Below, piece by piece: positions 46,648 to 56,964 of a stretch of 64,000 bases of DNA. The translations under genes were made by a program, and so were the position numbers. How positions within the stretch are numbered: the first letter of the stretch is position 1; each line of letters opens with the position of its first letter. Under the pieces are notes generated by a model. That model saw nothing but the letters and a program-made list of their open reading frames with translations. It ran no database searches and was not told where the DNA came from. The DNA comes from an uncultured bacterium (lineage in GTDB: Bacteria; Oederibacteriota; JAAXVQ01; JAUVAV01): NCBI GenBank assembly GCA_963710755.1, contig CAVQBK010000004.1, forward strand, positions 1-64,000. The letters are read 5' to 3'.

Positions 46648-49181
46648 ACCGCCTACTGACCATTAACTTTTTGGCTTTAATGTTGGCAGCTTCGGCTTTG
46701 GCCGCCGGGGTTTCGGATAAGGAAAAAAATGCGGCGGTGGTGTACCATTATTTGGAGTCCCGTTATTTGATCCAAGGATATAACTTGGAGCTGGGGGATC
46801 CGCATTTTCTGGCCACCTTTACCCTTGGCAACCAAACCCGTTTACTCTACGGCAACGATGGCTCCCTGTATAAGAGGACCATGCCTTCAGGGGAACAGAT
46901 ATTTTATGATCAAGGCTTTCCTGTAAAGCGGCTTGGAAAAAAAGACGAACTGATTCAGGAAACCCAACTGACCTGGGATGAGCAGCACCATCTGCAACAA
47001 GCCCTAACCAGAGGCGCTCAGCAACGTACGCTAAGGTTTTATTCGCAGGGATATTTGACGCTGGAAATGGATTATGGGCCGCCTCATTTGCTCTTCCGTC
47101 GCGGGTTTAGCCGTTCGGCTGATAAGAAAAGTATAAGTTATTTTGAAACCGACAGTCTTACCGGTCTTACCAGCTATTTTCTGGTGCCGGAAGATAAAGG
47201 ATTGCAGATTCAGCAATGGCGGGTGACCGGAGGGCTTTACCGTCTCTGGGACAGGCCCTACCACCTTTTTATGGACTTGGTGCGCGAGGAAATTAAACGT
47301 CAGTATGGAGATTTCCAGCGACAACGCCGTGATTCCTTCAATCGCACCAGGGGCGAAATAATTGTGGCTCAAGTAGACCAAAACTTGGCCTATGGGCTGG
47401 GCCGGTTCTTAAAAGATCGGGATAGGGGCGCCATCACCTTTGATCCCCAGGGAAACTATATTGAATGCCATCAATTAATCGTGCCCTTACCCAAAGTGGA
47501 CTTGAAGGAGCTCCCCCATAAACCGCCGGTGAAGGTAATCGTCAAGCATAATCAGTTGTTTTATTGGAATAAGGATATTAAAGACTGGCAAGTTTATCCC
47601 TATAATCCCAACCAAGAAAAAATAATACCCCTGAACCCGGAGCAAGCGTTGGTGGAACCAAAGGAAATTAAAATGCAGTGGCAGGTAGTGCCGCATCAGC
47701 AGGAACAGTTGGTCCTCAGCTGCCGGCTGTTACTGACTCCGGAAATTAAACAGCGCCTGAACGCCCGGCTGCATGAGGCTGCGTTTTATGAACCCGATCA
47801 GGATGATTGCCGGCAGTTGGTCTCTGAGCTTAATGCCGGCCGGGAGGAAGCAGCCCGCGCCCGGCAGGTCCATGCGCTGGCAGGGAGCCGTCCTTGGCGT
47901 AAGGAAGACATCGATCTGATCGAGCCGCTGCAAGTTATGCTCAGCGCCAGGATTAAACAAGCCCTTTTAGTCAGGCCGGAAATGAAAATTCGCGATGACC
48001 GGCATTTGACTCAGGCCCAAGCCATGCTGGCGTCCATTGAACCGATGCGGGTGCTTAACCGTCAAAGCCTGGAGCGGCAAAAGAGGAAGATCAGGATCGC
48101 TACTCTGGGCACCTTGACCAGAATTATTTATAAAGATTTGGAAATTCAGTTGCCCAAGATGAAAAAAAACAAGCTCTTTTATTACTATAACCGCGTAAGA
48201 AAGGATAAAGGGTTTTTGCAAGTTTGGGAGGAAGACCAGGAATTGGCGGAGAAGGGGTTCTGGCGCGCCTATGTGCTTAGGCCCGACCGGGATGTGCTCA
48301 TTCAACGCCGCCATAAGATGCTTATTCGTGTGGACCAAGGCCGCTTTCTTTGGCAGGCCACCGGACAGCGGGTTACGGAGCGCCTGTCGGGTACAGTGAT
48401 TTTGGCCAACCCCAATGCCCCGGCCACGAACCAACCGGAAAAAAACCATGACCAGCTGTGGACAACACCACCTCAAGTTTTTCCTCATCAGCGGGCACTG
48501 TCTTTGCAGGCATGGTTGCCTATGCTGCTGTATAAAAACAGGAAAAAGGCAATCACAGTCACCGAGCCTAATGACGCTCGAGTGACCAGTACCACCACTT
48601 ATAATTGGCTGGGCAAGATTAAGGACGTGGTGGTGAAAAAAGAGCTGAAAGATCATAACTGGCAGATAGAGCGTTATGATCATGATCAGCAGCTGCAAGA
48701 ATTACAGAACAGCCTTGGCCAGCATTATCATTTGTTCTATCGGCAACCACAGTTGGTGGAGCTGGTGCAGCAAGAGGGTAATCAGGAAAATCATTTTTTA
48801 GTTTCGCAACGTCAATTGCAGCGCATGATTTTCCCCAAAGGGCGCATGGAGGTGACCCGGGGGCCGGGCCAAACGCTGCAGGCCGATTATCAGGATCGGG
48901 CCGGACGGCAACTTGTACGTCTGAGGTTTGATAAGCACGGTCAAATTAAAAAAATAAAACTGGCCCAAAAGACAGAAGTGATTTATACCATGCACGATCT
49001 TGACGTTACTCTGAATATCCAAAATGATCACGGCCAAGTGGCTCTGGCAAAATTTAACCGGGCAGGGGAAATGGTGTTGCAGGAAGGTGAAAAAGGCTTA
49101 ATTAACTTCGTTTTTACCAATTATCCTTTTTTTAATCCTCAACATCTTGAAAAAATTTACCGACAAATCGTTTTAAATTGA
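46644..49181 (+). CDS. Secreted hypothetical protein with N- and C-terminal YD/RHS-like repeats
   Basis: Signal peptide (LAASALA-A). LYGNDGSLYKRTMPSGEQIFYDQG, TTTYNWLGKI, RYDHDQQL, RFDKHGQI, KFNRAGEM. Confidence 0.7.
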   Translation: MNRLLTINFLALMLAASALAAGVSDKEKNAAVVYHYLESRYLIQGYNLELGDPHFLATFTLGNQTRLLYGNDGSLYKRTMPSGEQIFYDQGFPVKRLGKKDELIQETQLTWDEQHHLQQALTRGAQQRTLRFYSQGYLTLEMDYGPPHLLFRRGFSRSADKKSISYFETDSLTGLTSYFLVPEDKGLQIQQWRVTGGLYRLWDRPYHLFMDLVREEIKRQYGDFQRQRRDSFNRTRGEIIVAQVDQNLAYGLGRFLKDRDRGAITFDPQGNYIECHQLIVPLPKVDLKELPHKPPVKVIVKHNQLFYWNKDIKDWQVYPYNPNQEKIIPLNPEQALVEPKEIKMQWQVVPHQQEQLVLSCRLLLTPEIKQRLNARLHEAAFYEPDQDDCRQLVSELNAGREEAARARQVHALAGSRPWRKEDIDLIEPLQVMLSARIKQALLVRPEMKIRDDRHLTQAQAMLASIEPMRVLNRQSLERQKRKIRIATLGTLTRIIYKDLEIQLPKMKKNKLFYYYNRVRKDKGFLQVWEEDQELAEKGFWRAYVLRPDRDVLIQRRHKMLIRVDQGRFLWQATGQRVTERLSGTVILANPNAPATNQPEKNHDQLWTTPPQVFPHQRALSLQAWLPMLLYKNRKKAITVTEPNDARVTSTTTYNWLGKIKDVVVKKELKDHNWQIERYDHDQQLQELQNSLGQHYHLFYRQPQLVELVQQEGNQENHFLVSQRQLQRMIFPKGRMEVTRGPGQTLQADYQDRAGRQLVRLRFDKHGQIKKIKLAQKTEVIYTMHDLDVTLNIQNDHGQVALAKFNRAGEMVLQEGEKGLINFVFTNYPFFNPQHLEKIYRQIVLN

Positions 49182-49249
49182 AAAGGGTTGGTTGCTATAA
49201 AAACATTGATTTTAAAGGATAAAATTGTATTTGTTTTAAATTAAAGCTA

Positions 49250-49278
49250 TTGTTAGCCCTGTTTTACTATGCTATACT
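49250..49278 (+). promoter_or_regulatory. Sigma70-type promoter for the 2462-aa gene
   Basis: TTGTTA-17 nt-TATACT with extended TG (ATGCTATACTT, identical to the core at 20219-20229). Confidence 0.6.
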
Positions 49279-49364
49279 TTTACACAGACATGGCTTTATC
49301 CATGTCTTAATGCCTTCACTCCTTACGCCATCAGCAGTAATTGATTAAGGGAGCATGACACCTA

Positions 49365-52300
49365 ATGATAAGGTCTCACAACCAAACAAGAGGGCTCGTC
49401 AAAGCTACGGCCTTGGTGGTGGCGTTGACCTTTGTGCTGCCTATGGTCACCTTTGCCTTTGGTCCTGCTACCTATCCCGCGGATCCGGTGGGTGCCTACG
49501 GACTCACCCCTTTTAAAATCAATGGTCAAACCATTAAAATATCACCCCAATGGGGCATGATCACCAGCAGCTATCAAGGCCACAGCGATAAAACCGTGGT
49601 CTACATTCAAGATTTGCACTGCCATTATGAAGTGCAGGATCATATTTACCAAATGCTTAAAAGCCTGGTGGAACGCAACCACTTAAAACTCATCGGTATT
49701 GAAGGCGAGAGCAAACCGGTCGATGTCAGTCCCATCAGCACCATTGCTCGACAAAACGTCAGGCAGGAAGTGGGCGATTATTTTATCAAGCGCGGCCGCC
49801 TGACCGGTCCTGAATATTTGGCCTCCATTAGCGGGCAGCCGGTGGTACTGGCCGGCATTGAAAAGCAGCAGCTCTATGATTACAGCAAAGAAAAGCTGAC
49901 CCAGTTTTTAACCGATGAAAATCAAGGCTATGTGGAAGATCTGCGTTTTGTCCTGGAAAAGTTAAAGGCCCCGCTCTATTCCACCGAGCTGGCAAAACTG
50001 GATCATATGCAAGCTCAATTTGACGGCGAACAAATACCTCTGGAAAATTTCGTGAACTACCTCCTGGATGAGGGTGATCGCTTGGGCGTATCTTTTAAGG
50101 CGTATAGTGCACTTAACACCTATGCTGTGCACCGGCAAATGCCTTATCAAGGCAATGTGGATTATGAACGACTGCTTGACGCCGCGCGCCAGTATGATCA
50201 GACGGTGAGGGACAAACTCTATACTACCCAAGATCAACGTCGGCTTGATCATTATTTGAAATTGGTACGCATTATGGAGAGTCTGATCAATATCAGCGCC
50301 ACCGATCAGGAGCTCACTTATTACCGGGGACACAAAAAAGAATTTTCCATTACCACGCTTTTCAATTTTCTCGATGAAACCTGTTATCGCTATGCCGTTA
50401 ATCCCAACCTCGACCCCAACGCGGTGCAATTGGAAAAAGCCCTTGCTTGGGCGGCGGAATTTTATGGAGCCGCGGACCAACGTTCCCAGGCGTTCATTAA
50501 AAATCTACTCAGCCAGATGGATCAACGCGGCCAAAAATTGGCGGTGTTGGTAACCGGCGGTTTCCATGCAGCTCAGTTGGAAAAAGCTTTGCGCAGCCGG
50601 GACATGACCTACCTAGCCATTAAACCGCGTCTGACCAGGAATGATCTACCCAATCCGTATTTTAATGTGCTCAAAGGCCGTCTCAGCCCGATCGAACAAT
50701 TGATTGCCCAGCATGAAAATATTTTCGCGCCTCGCAGTATTTTCAGCAGTGCCTTGTACCGTCGCTATATCGACACGGTCAAGCAGATTGCGCTCGCCCG
50801 CGAAGCAGCGGGTGCTGCCGCGCCCCGTCAACCGGCAAAAGAGTTGGAACTCAAACCGGCATGGTCCAATCCGGCCAATAATGTTTATGTGCTGCAATTT
50901 AAAAATGACAAGGATGTGTTGGTGGTTATTCGAAATTTCGAAATCACCAATTATCCCACTATGGCAGACGCGGAGAAATTGGACGACCATACGATGTTCC
51001 AATTTGTGGCCCGTGAGGTCTGGGAAAATCCGGACTACCGGGCTAAAATTCTGGGCTCAGAAAAGTTGGCGCGCGCGGCTGGGCCGCAAAGTCAGCCTTC
51101 GGAACTGCTTGATTTTCTTTCCGGCTTGAGCCGCTATTTGGGCGGCATCAGCGCACCTCAAAGCCCGCTGAGCAAGGCCTGGTCCGCAGTTCGAACCGGT
51201 TCCAGCAGTGCCTGGGCCACCACTAAAACCTGGGCCGCCCAGGGGAAAGAACTGATGTTCAACCCGCATGTGATCATGTGGCTGGGCAGCGGACTGATCA
51301 TGGCCGGCGGGGTTTTGGGCATGATCATCACGTCAGCAACGCTTTGGCCGCTTATCGCCACGGTTGGCGCCATTATGGTGATGATCACCAGTATCGCCCA
51401 AATGCGCAATCAATCCACGCCGGTTATGATGCGGGCAGCCATGGGGTTCACAGCCATGCTCGTGGCAGGTGTGCTGATCTTCAACCTTGGTCTGGGATCC
51501 ATTGCCCCCCTGCTGGCGAAGACGGCCGATTTGGTGCCTACGCTGCAGGCTACCGGTATTTTGGATTTGGGATGGTTTGCGTTGAATTACCATAACATTA
51601 TTCCCAATCCTGAGATGTTCGCGGCTGTGGGACTGCTGGCCTCGGTTAATACCTTGGCCGGAATGTTGGCCAGAAGGCTGGGATGGGATCAAAGCGGCCT
51701 TGTCGAAGAACCGGTGGAATCAGCCTTTTACCCGGACAAGGATACATTGATTGAAAAAGCGTTGATCTACGCCAGCAGCCAATTCAATTACGGCACGGAA
51801 CATATCAGAGGAGACAACACGTTCAAGACCGATCTGGAAGAAATCATGGCCCAGACTCAAAACAGCCGGGCGTTGCAGACCTTTATCAGCAACCGTGCCG
51901 ATCGTCTGGCCTTGGCAGGCATGGCCTATCGCAATGGCCGCCTGTCCCTGACCGAAGATACGCCCACGGGCCGCCTACTGGATTTGGCCCGCGATTTTGT
52001 GGAAGGTGAAAACTTGGCCCAGGCCGTGCTTAAAGGTGATGATCTCAAGGCTTTAAAACTGGGCAACAGCCATTTAGCTCAGCTCATCAGCCATATCCTG
52101 TCGGGCAGGAAAGACCAGCTTTTTGTCTTGGGCGCTAAAGATCCTTCGGCGCCGGAACGGTTGGCACCGGCCTATTTTACCCCAACCCAGTTGGAGGCTA
52201 TTAAAAAATTGGCCGCTCAGTACCATGTGCCCATGGTGCTCTCCGGCATGAACCTCAACCCCTTGCTTGGTCTTAAGCTCGAACCGGCGCAGGTTCGAAC

Positions 52301-55300
52301 GGCTTATGCCGGACAGATGGCCATGGCCACGGCGGCCGGCATTGGACATTTGGAACTCCCACTGGTCGGAACCCAATATGCGACCATGGAGAAACCATTG
52401 GCTAAGTTGGCCAAGAAAAAGGGCCTCAGTCTGGAAGGGATGGTTCCGCAGGAGCAAGCGACCATTTGGGCTGAGAATGTAAGCGCCAATATGCGGGCGC
52501 TCATCACAGGATTGGTGCTGGACAATCCCGAAAAACTTAAAACCTTTCTTGATCCGGTGGAATCCAAAATGGCGGCCAGGGAAAATCGTGCCTGGTCTTC
52601 CAGGCAAGGCTTGCAGATCCAAGGGATTAAAAAAGTTTCTTATGTAAGTTCAGGTGCCCTCAAGCATGTTTACCGTGCAGTGGTAGCCACCGAGCAAGGC
52701 GATCTGCCCTTAAGCCTACAATTTATCCAAAGAGCAGGAGCTCTGTCCATCCCAGGTGCGCCGGTGGATAATATGAAAAGCGCGCTTACAGAAGCCCGCC
52801 GTTTTCGCGAATTGGCGGGTATGCTGGATAAGCCCCGCCTGGCCCGGCAGCTCTTTTCAACTCAAGGCCTCATGGCCAGCTTGCCCGAAGAAGAGCAAAA
52901 ACGGCTTGGCCGTCTGGCTCATGAGGAAAATGTGGACGGCCTGGTCTTGGGTTATTTCACAGAGGGCGAGACGCTGGATGCTCTGCCGGACAACCGTAAG
53001 GCAGAAGGATTCCGCAAGAGCGTGGTGACCCTGGCAAGAACATGGCAGCAGACCCTGACCAAAGAACGCAAAAAAATGCGGGGCCTGTCCACGCAAGACT
53101 TCAAACCACAGAATTTTGTTTACAATGCTGAAACCAATGAGGTCGAGCTGATCGATATGGATTTGGCCAACTACTTGACGGCCAATATGTTTCTCGATAA
53201 CCTTCAGTTGTATTTTAAAGAGGTTATTAAGAAACAGCTTTTCCCAGGATCTGAGACGGAAAGTAACAGGCTTTATGCACAGGTCCTATGGGATGGTTTG
53301 TTGGAAGCCTGGGGTCAGGAAGGCTTTGTGAACTACTTGGCGGCTTATGTTAAAGATATGAAGGGCAGCAATAAAGTTAAAACAGAATATAAAGAGAGAC
53401 TTGAAGCTTATCTGCTGGCCAAACAAAATCAAGAATTGCTTCAGCTGGCTGTGACGGCCAATCTGATCACAGCCGACAAGGCTACGCCAGGAGCACTGCT
53501 GGCTGGCGGCGAAACCAGCCCCTCGCAAATGGCCATGGCCCGGGAACGTAAACCTGAAGGCGAAGAGCAAGCCACTGAACCAACCGAGCTGGTCATGAGA
53601 TCATCGTCTGCACAGCAGAAACCTGCTGAGACGCTGATTGCACAAGCTGTGGAGCAGCAACAAGGCCGCGCTCCTCCTAGCGAAAAAACACCACTTGACC
53701 AAACTGCCACAGTATCCTCCCAAGAAAAACCTACCCAAGGCGCGCTTAAAGGTGCGGAAGGTGAATCATTATTAAAAGGAATTTTAGCAACCAGCGGATT
53801 GGTGCTACAGCCGGGTCAAGCCATTAAAGAGGTCGCGGTTAGGGCCGCCCGGGCTTTGGGTGCTTATTTCCAAGCCAAGAGCTTAAGTCCCCACCTCATG
53901 GACAGTGATCGTTGGGAAAAGGTAAAAGAAACGCTTGGGCAAATAAAATCAAATCCAAAGGCAGTCGCGATTAAGGCTGTATCCTCCACAATTGACAGGC
54001 TTCTTGAGGAAAAGATCAAAATCAACATCATCCCTTCTGCTCAAGATATAAAAGACAATGACAATGATTTGGAGCAGTTGGGTGTCTTCAACCTGAATGG
54101 CCAAGTGTACATGACCCAGAAGGTCTATGATCATGTGACCAATGATGAGCAATTGGCGGCTATATTACTGCATGAGGCATTGGAAGCAAGAGGACTAGAC
54201 CATGGCACTGTCGTGAAAATAATCAAACTATTGGGATTTGAAAATGAGGATTTGGTCGCTGCGGCGGGGTTGGGAGAACAGCCAATATTAAATATCTTAC
54301 CATCTGAAGATCTGGAGAATATGATCTATCAGGATACAATGAAAAGATATGAAGTATCGGATGAAGCAGGACACTTAGGAGATAAGCGTATAGTTTTGAA
54401 AAATATTTATGATCCAAATATTACAATAATTTTAGAAAAACCAGAAAGTGGTGAAGAAAACCTTTATCTTATTAAAGTTGTAACCCCTAATGCGGAGACG
54501 GAATTTTCATTTCAAAATAGAAGAGAATGGGAAATGAATAGATTTGGAGAAATTATTTTAAAATATTTAGTGACAAATAGCCTCCCTGAAAATTTTAGAA
54601 ATGGTGTTGCAGCTACTGTAAGTAATTTTTATCGAGCGGAAGCAGCAAGGACCCACAGTCCGGTTAGGATTTCAATCCTTAACCCAAAAATAAGAACATT
54701 TGTAAGAAGATTTTTTACGAATTACTATGATGCGACTCTTGATAATGATGGAGTTCGGCCAACGAAAAAATGGGATATTGAGTCTAATTGGGAAAAATTT
54801 CAAAATATCCTTTGGGTTTATGCAAAGGCAAAAACCACCGACGAAGTGGCTAGGGGAATACTTAAAGATATTATACACCTTGAAGTTAGCGCTAAATCCA
54901 ATTGGCCGTTATCCAATGGAGCAGAAGAAAAATTACTTCAAGTATTCAAAGACAGATTAAGTGAGTGGATCTGGATTAATACACATGATGCTCGAAAAGT
55001 GGGCTTGATTAAAATGATTTTACAATTGGTCTTTTATATGAAAGAGAAAGGGCATTCAATCGATGTAGAAGCTTTGATAAGCAAGTTCCAAGCACAATTG
55101 CCATACCTTGTTTTATCTTCTGATGTAGATAACTTGACCAATATAGTGATGAATTTAAATGAATCTGTTGGAACGAATATAAGATTAAGTGATGTTAATG
55201 TTTTTATCAATCAGATAAGCCAGAATTCTTTTTTTTCTGGGACCAATCCTACAAATGAAAGACTTGTATCAAGTTCATTTAATCGTGATAACAACCCTAC

Positions 55301-56753
55301 TCTAATTAATCAAGTTGAGGGTGTTACGGTAGAAGAAGAAGTAATTTCTGATAAAGAGTTTGAAAATTTATTTGATAAAGGAGGAGATTCCCCCGCCTCT
55401 CTCGGCTACTGGACTGCGATGGCCTTACGCAATACATGGAATTTTAAGTGGAGCGACCGGAGTATCAACCGCTTTGGCATGATTTGGGCTGTAGGAGAAG
55501 CAGCCATGCTGGCCGCTTTTGTGTCTTCCTCTACGCTCAGCCTTTCCGTCCTTTGGGCACTGGCCTTGGCCCATTTGCCGCTCATGATTATGGCCGGGGT
55601 GCGCGGTCCGCAACTATGGAAAAACTTGCGCGGCCAGTCCATCATCATTCTCGGTTATGGCGTTTTGTCCATCTTTGGATTACATGCCTGGCTTGTCGCC
55701 TGGGCCGGCGTGCATCTGCTGAAAGATTATCATGCCCTTTTTAATCCGCTGGCGCGAGCAGCAACCAATACCCGCCGATTGCTGAGTTATCTGCAAAAGC
55801 CCTTTGCTGTGCTGGTCATGATTACTGGAGCTTTGGCTCTGGCCGGCACGGTGACTTTGCTAACCTTGCAAACCATTACCGTATTGGCAGCCGCCACTTT
55901 GGCCGTGGTGGTGGCCGGGCTGATTACAGCAGGCCTATACCTTTATACTCATAGCCAAACGATCGTGCTTAGCGCCAAACACCCCGCGCCCTCCGCTGCT
56001 GAGCCATCATCCAATGCTATCTTGCAGCTCATGCGCAAGGAGCAATCCCTTGGCGTGACGCCACAGCCGGGCAGTGCCTTTAATTTTGCTGATAAGCTGG
56101 CGATCACCATGGGCCAAAGCCGTCTGGGGCGTTTCCTAATGAGGATGATCAGGCAGCCGGTGGGGATGCGTCTTTTCGAACTACTGTCTCAAAATAACCT
56201 TGGACGCCTCCTTAACACTGCCTTGGTAAGTGCGCTTTGGTCCGGCTTGGGCACCTTGCCCAATGGATTAATCAATGGCGATGAAGCCATGGCTTTTATC
56301 ACCAATGGGCTTAGCGCCACTGCTCCCGGCGCTTTCATTCGGCTGCGGTTACAGCACAATGAAGCCATCACCTCAACACAAGTTAGGGCTATTTTAACCA
56401 GCTCCGAAGTTGATACGGCCTTAATGGATCTTGAGCGTCAGTGGTCCAGGCCGCATGTGATGCAGCTGTTGAAACTATTGGTGAAATCCTTTGATCAACT
56501 GGATGCCAATGACACCACCAGCATTCGCCAATTGCTTCAGGTCATGAGCCAGATTCCAGGACCGCAGCAGCGCATTGGGTTGAGGCTTGGAAACCAGCCA
56601 GCCATGGAAATGATAGCCTTGCCCAAGATGGTTATCGAACAACCTAGCTTGTTCCTATTATTGAAGTCTTATTTCAATAATATTTATGACCAGAAGGGCC
56701 AAGCTATTGAAATAAGGCCCCGGCGGCTTAACAGCGCCGCAGGTGCAGCCTAA
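49365..56753 (+). CDS. Large modular secreted/membrane protein (2462 aa): TraB/TIKI/ChaN-like N-domain, TM segments, kinase-like domain, HExxE zincin-like motif, AT-rich module, TM bundle, conserved C-terminal domain
   Basis: Signal peptide. IQDLHC / IGIEG / RSQAF / VTGGFH. SSGALKHVY...QDFKPQN...IDMD. LLHEALEARGLDH. C-terminus ...YDQKGQAIEIRPRRLNSAAGAA. Confidence 0.85.
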   Translation: MIRSHNQTRGLVKATALVVALTFVLPMVTFAFGPATYPADPVGAYGLTPFKINGQTIKISPQWGMITSSYQGHSDKTVVYIQDLHCHYEVQDHIYQMLKSLVERNHLKLIGIEGESKPVDVSPISTIARQNVRQEVGDYFIKRGRLTGPEYLASISGQPVVLAGIEKQQLYDYSKEKLTQFLTDENQGYVEDLRFVLEKLKAPLYSTELAKLDHMQAQFDGEQIPLENFVNYLLDEGDRLGVSFKAYSALNTYAVHRQMPYQGNVDYERLLDAARQYDQTVRDKLYTTQDQRRLDHYLKLVRIMESLINISATDQELTYYRGHKKEFSITTLFNFLDETCYRYAVNPNLDPNAVQLEKALAWAAEFYGAADQRSQAFIKNLLSQMDQRGQKLAVLVTGGFHAAQLEKALRSRDMTYLAIKPRLTRNDLPNPYFNVLKGRLSPIEQLIAQHENIFAPRSIFSSALYRRYIDTVKQIALAREAAGAAAPRQPAKELELKPAWSNPANNVYVLQFKNDKDVLVVIRNFEITNYPTMADAEKLDDHTMFQFVAREVWENPDYRAKILGSEKLARAAGPQSQPSELLDFLSGLSRYLGGISAPQSPLSKAWSAVRTGSSSAWATTKTWAAQGKELMFNPHVIMWLGSGLIMAGGVLGMIITSATLWPLIATVGAIMVMITSIAQMRNQSTPVMMRAAMGFTAMLVAGVLIFNLGLGSIAPLLAKTADLVPTLQATGILDLGWFALNYHNIIPNPEMFAAVGLLASVNTLAGMLARRLGWDQSGLVEEPVESAFYPDKDTLIEKALIYASSQFNYGTEHIRGDNTFKTDLEEIMAQTQNSRALQTFISNRADRLALAGMAYRNGRLSLTEDTPTGRLLDLARDFVEGENLAQAVLKGDDLKALKLGNSHLAQLISHILSGRKDQLFVLGAKDPSAPERLAPAYFTPTQLEAIKKLAAQYHVPMVLSGMNLNPLLGLKLEPAQVRTAYAGQMAMATAAGIGHLELPLVGTQYATMEKPLAKLAKKKGLSLEGMVPQEQATIWAENVSANMRALITGLVLDNPEKLKTFLDPVESKMAARENRAWSSRQGLQIQGIKKVSYVSSGALKHVYRAVVATEQGDLPLSLQFIQRAGALSIPGAPVDNMKSALTEARRFRELAGMLDKPRLARQLFSTQGLMASLPEEEQKRLGRLAHEENVDGLVLGYFTEGETLDALPDNRKAEGFRKSVVTLARTWQQTLTKERKKMRGLSTQDFKPQNFVYNAETNEVELIDMDLANYLTANMFLDNLQLYFKEVIKKQLFPGSETESNRLYAQVLWDGLLEAWGQEGFVNYLAAYVKDMKGSNKVKTEYKERLEAYLLAKQNQELLQLAVTANLITADKATPGALLAGGETSPSQMAMARERKPEGEEQATEPTELVMRSSSAQQKPAETLIAQAVEQQQGRAPPSEKTPLDQTATVSSQEKPTQGALKGAEGESLLKGILATSGLVLQPGQAIKEVAVRAARALGAYFQAKSLSPHLMDSDRWEKVKETLGQIKSNPKAVAIKAVSSTIDRLLEEKIKINIIPSAQDIKDNDNDLEQLGVFNLNGQVYMTQKVYDHVTNDEQLAAILLHEALEARGLDHGTVVKIIKLLGFENEDLVAAAGLGEQPILNILPSEDLENMIYQDTMKRYEVSDEAGHLGDKRIVLKNIYDPNITIILEKPESGEENLYLIKVVTPNAETEFSFQNRREWEMNRFGEIILKYLVTNSLPENFRNGVAATVSNFYRAEAARTHSPVRISILNPKIRTFVRRFFTNYYDATLDNDGVRPTKKWDIESNWEKFQNILWVYAKAKTTDEVARGILKDIIHLEVSAKSNWPLSNGAEEKLLQVFKDRLSEWIWINTHDARKVGLIKMILQLVFYMKEKGHSIDVEALISKFQAQLPYLVLSSDVDNLTNIVMNLNESVGTNIRLSDVNVFINQISQNSFFSGTNPTNERLVSSSFNRDNNPTLINQVEGVTVEEEVISDKEFENLFDKGGDSPASLGYWTAMALRNTWNFKWSDRSINRFGMIWAVGEAAMLAAFVSSSTLSLSVLWALALAHLPLMIMAGVRGPQLWKNLRGQSIIILGYGVLSIFGLHAWLVAWAGVHLLKDYHALFNPLARAATNTRRLLSYLQKPFAVLVMITGALALAGTVTLLTLQTITVLAAATLAVVVAGLITAGLYLYTHSQTIVLSAKHPAPSAAEPSSNAILQLMRKEQSLGVTPQPGSAFNFADKLAITMGQSRLGRFLMRMIRQPVGMRLFELLSQNNLGRLLNTALVSALWSGLGTLPNGLINGDEAMAFITNGLSATAPGAFIRLRLQHNEAITSTQVRAILTSSEVDTALMDLERQWSRPHVMQLLKLLVKSFDQLDANDTTSIRQLLQVMSQIPGPQQRIGLRLGNQPAMEMIALPKMVIEQPSLFLLLKSYFNNIYDQKGQAIEIRPRRLNSAAGAA

Positions 56754-56964
56754 ACGGTTTAAGTTTATTATATTCAATGTTTATTAAGGATTACGTTTGA
56801 AGCGATTTTCGAGACATTGAATTTTTAAAATCGGATTTTTTATTATGAAACAACACAGCTGGAAACATTCCTAAAAAACGTTTTAAAATGAAATGGCCAT
56901 TGGAAAATGGCCAAATTTAAAGCTATATTTTATAGACTATAGTTTGTGTTATGGAGGCTCAATC

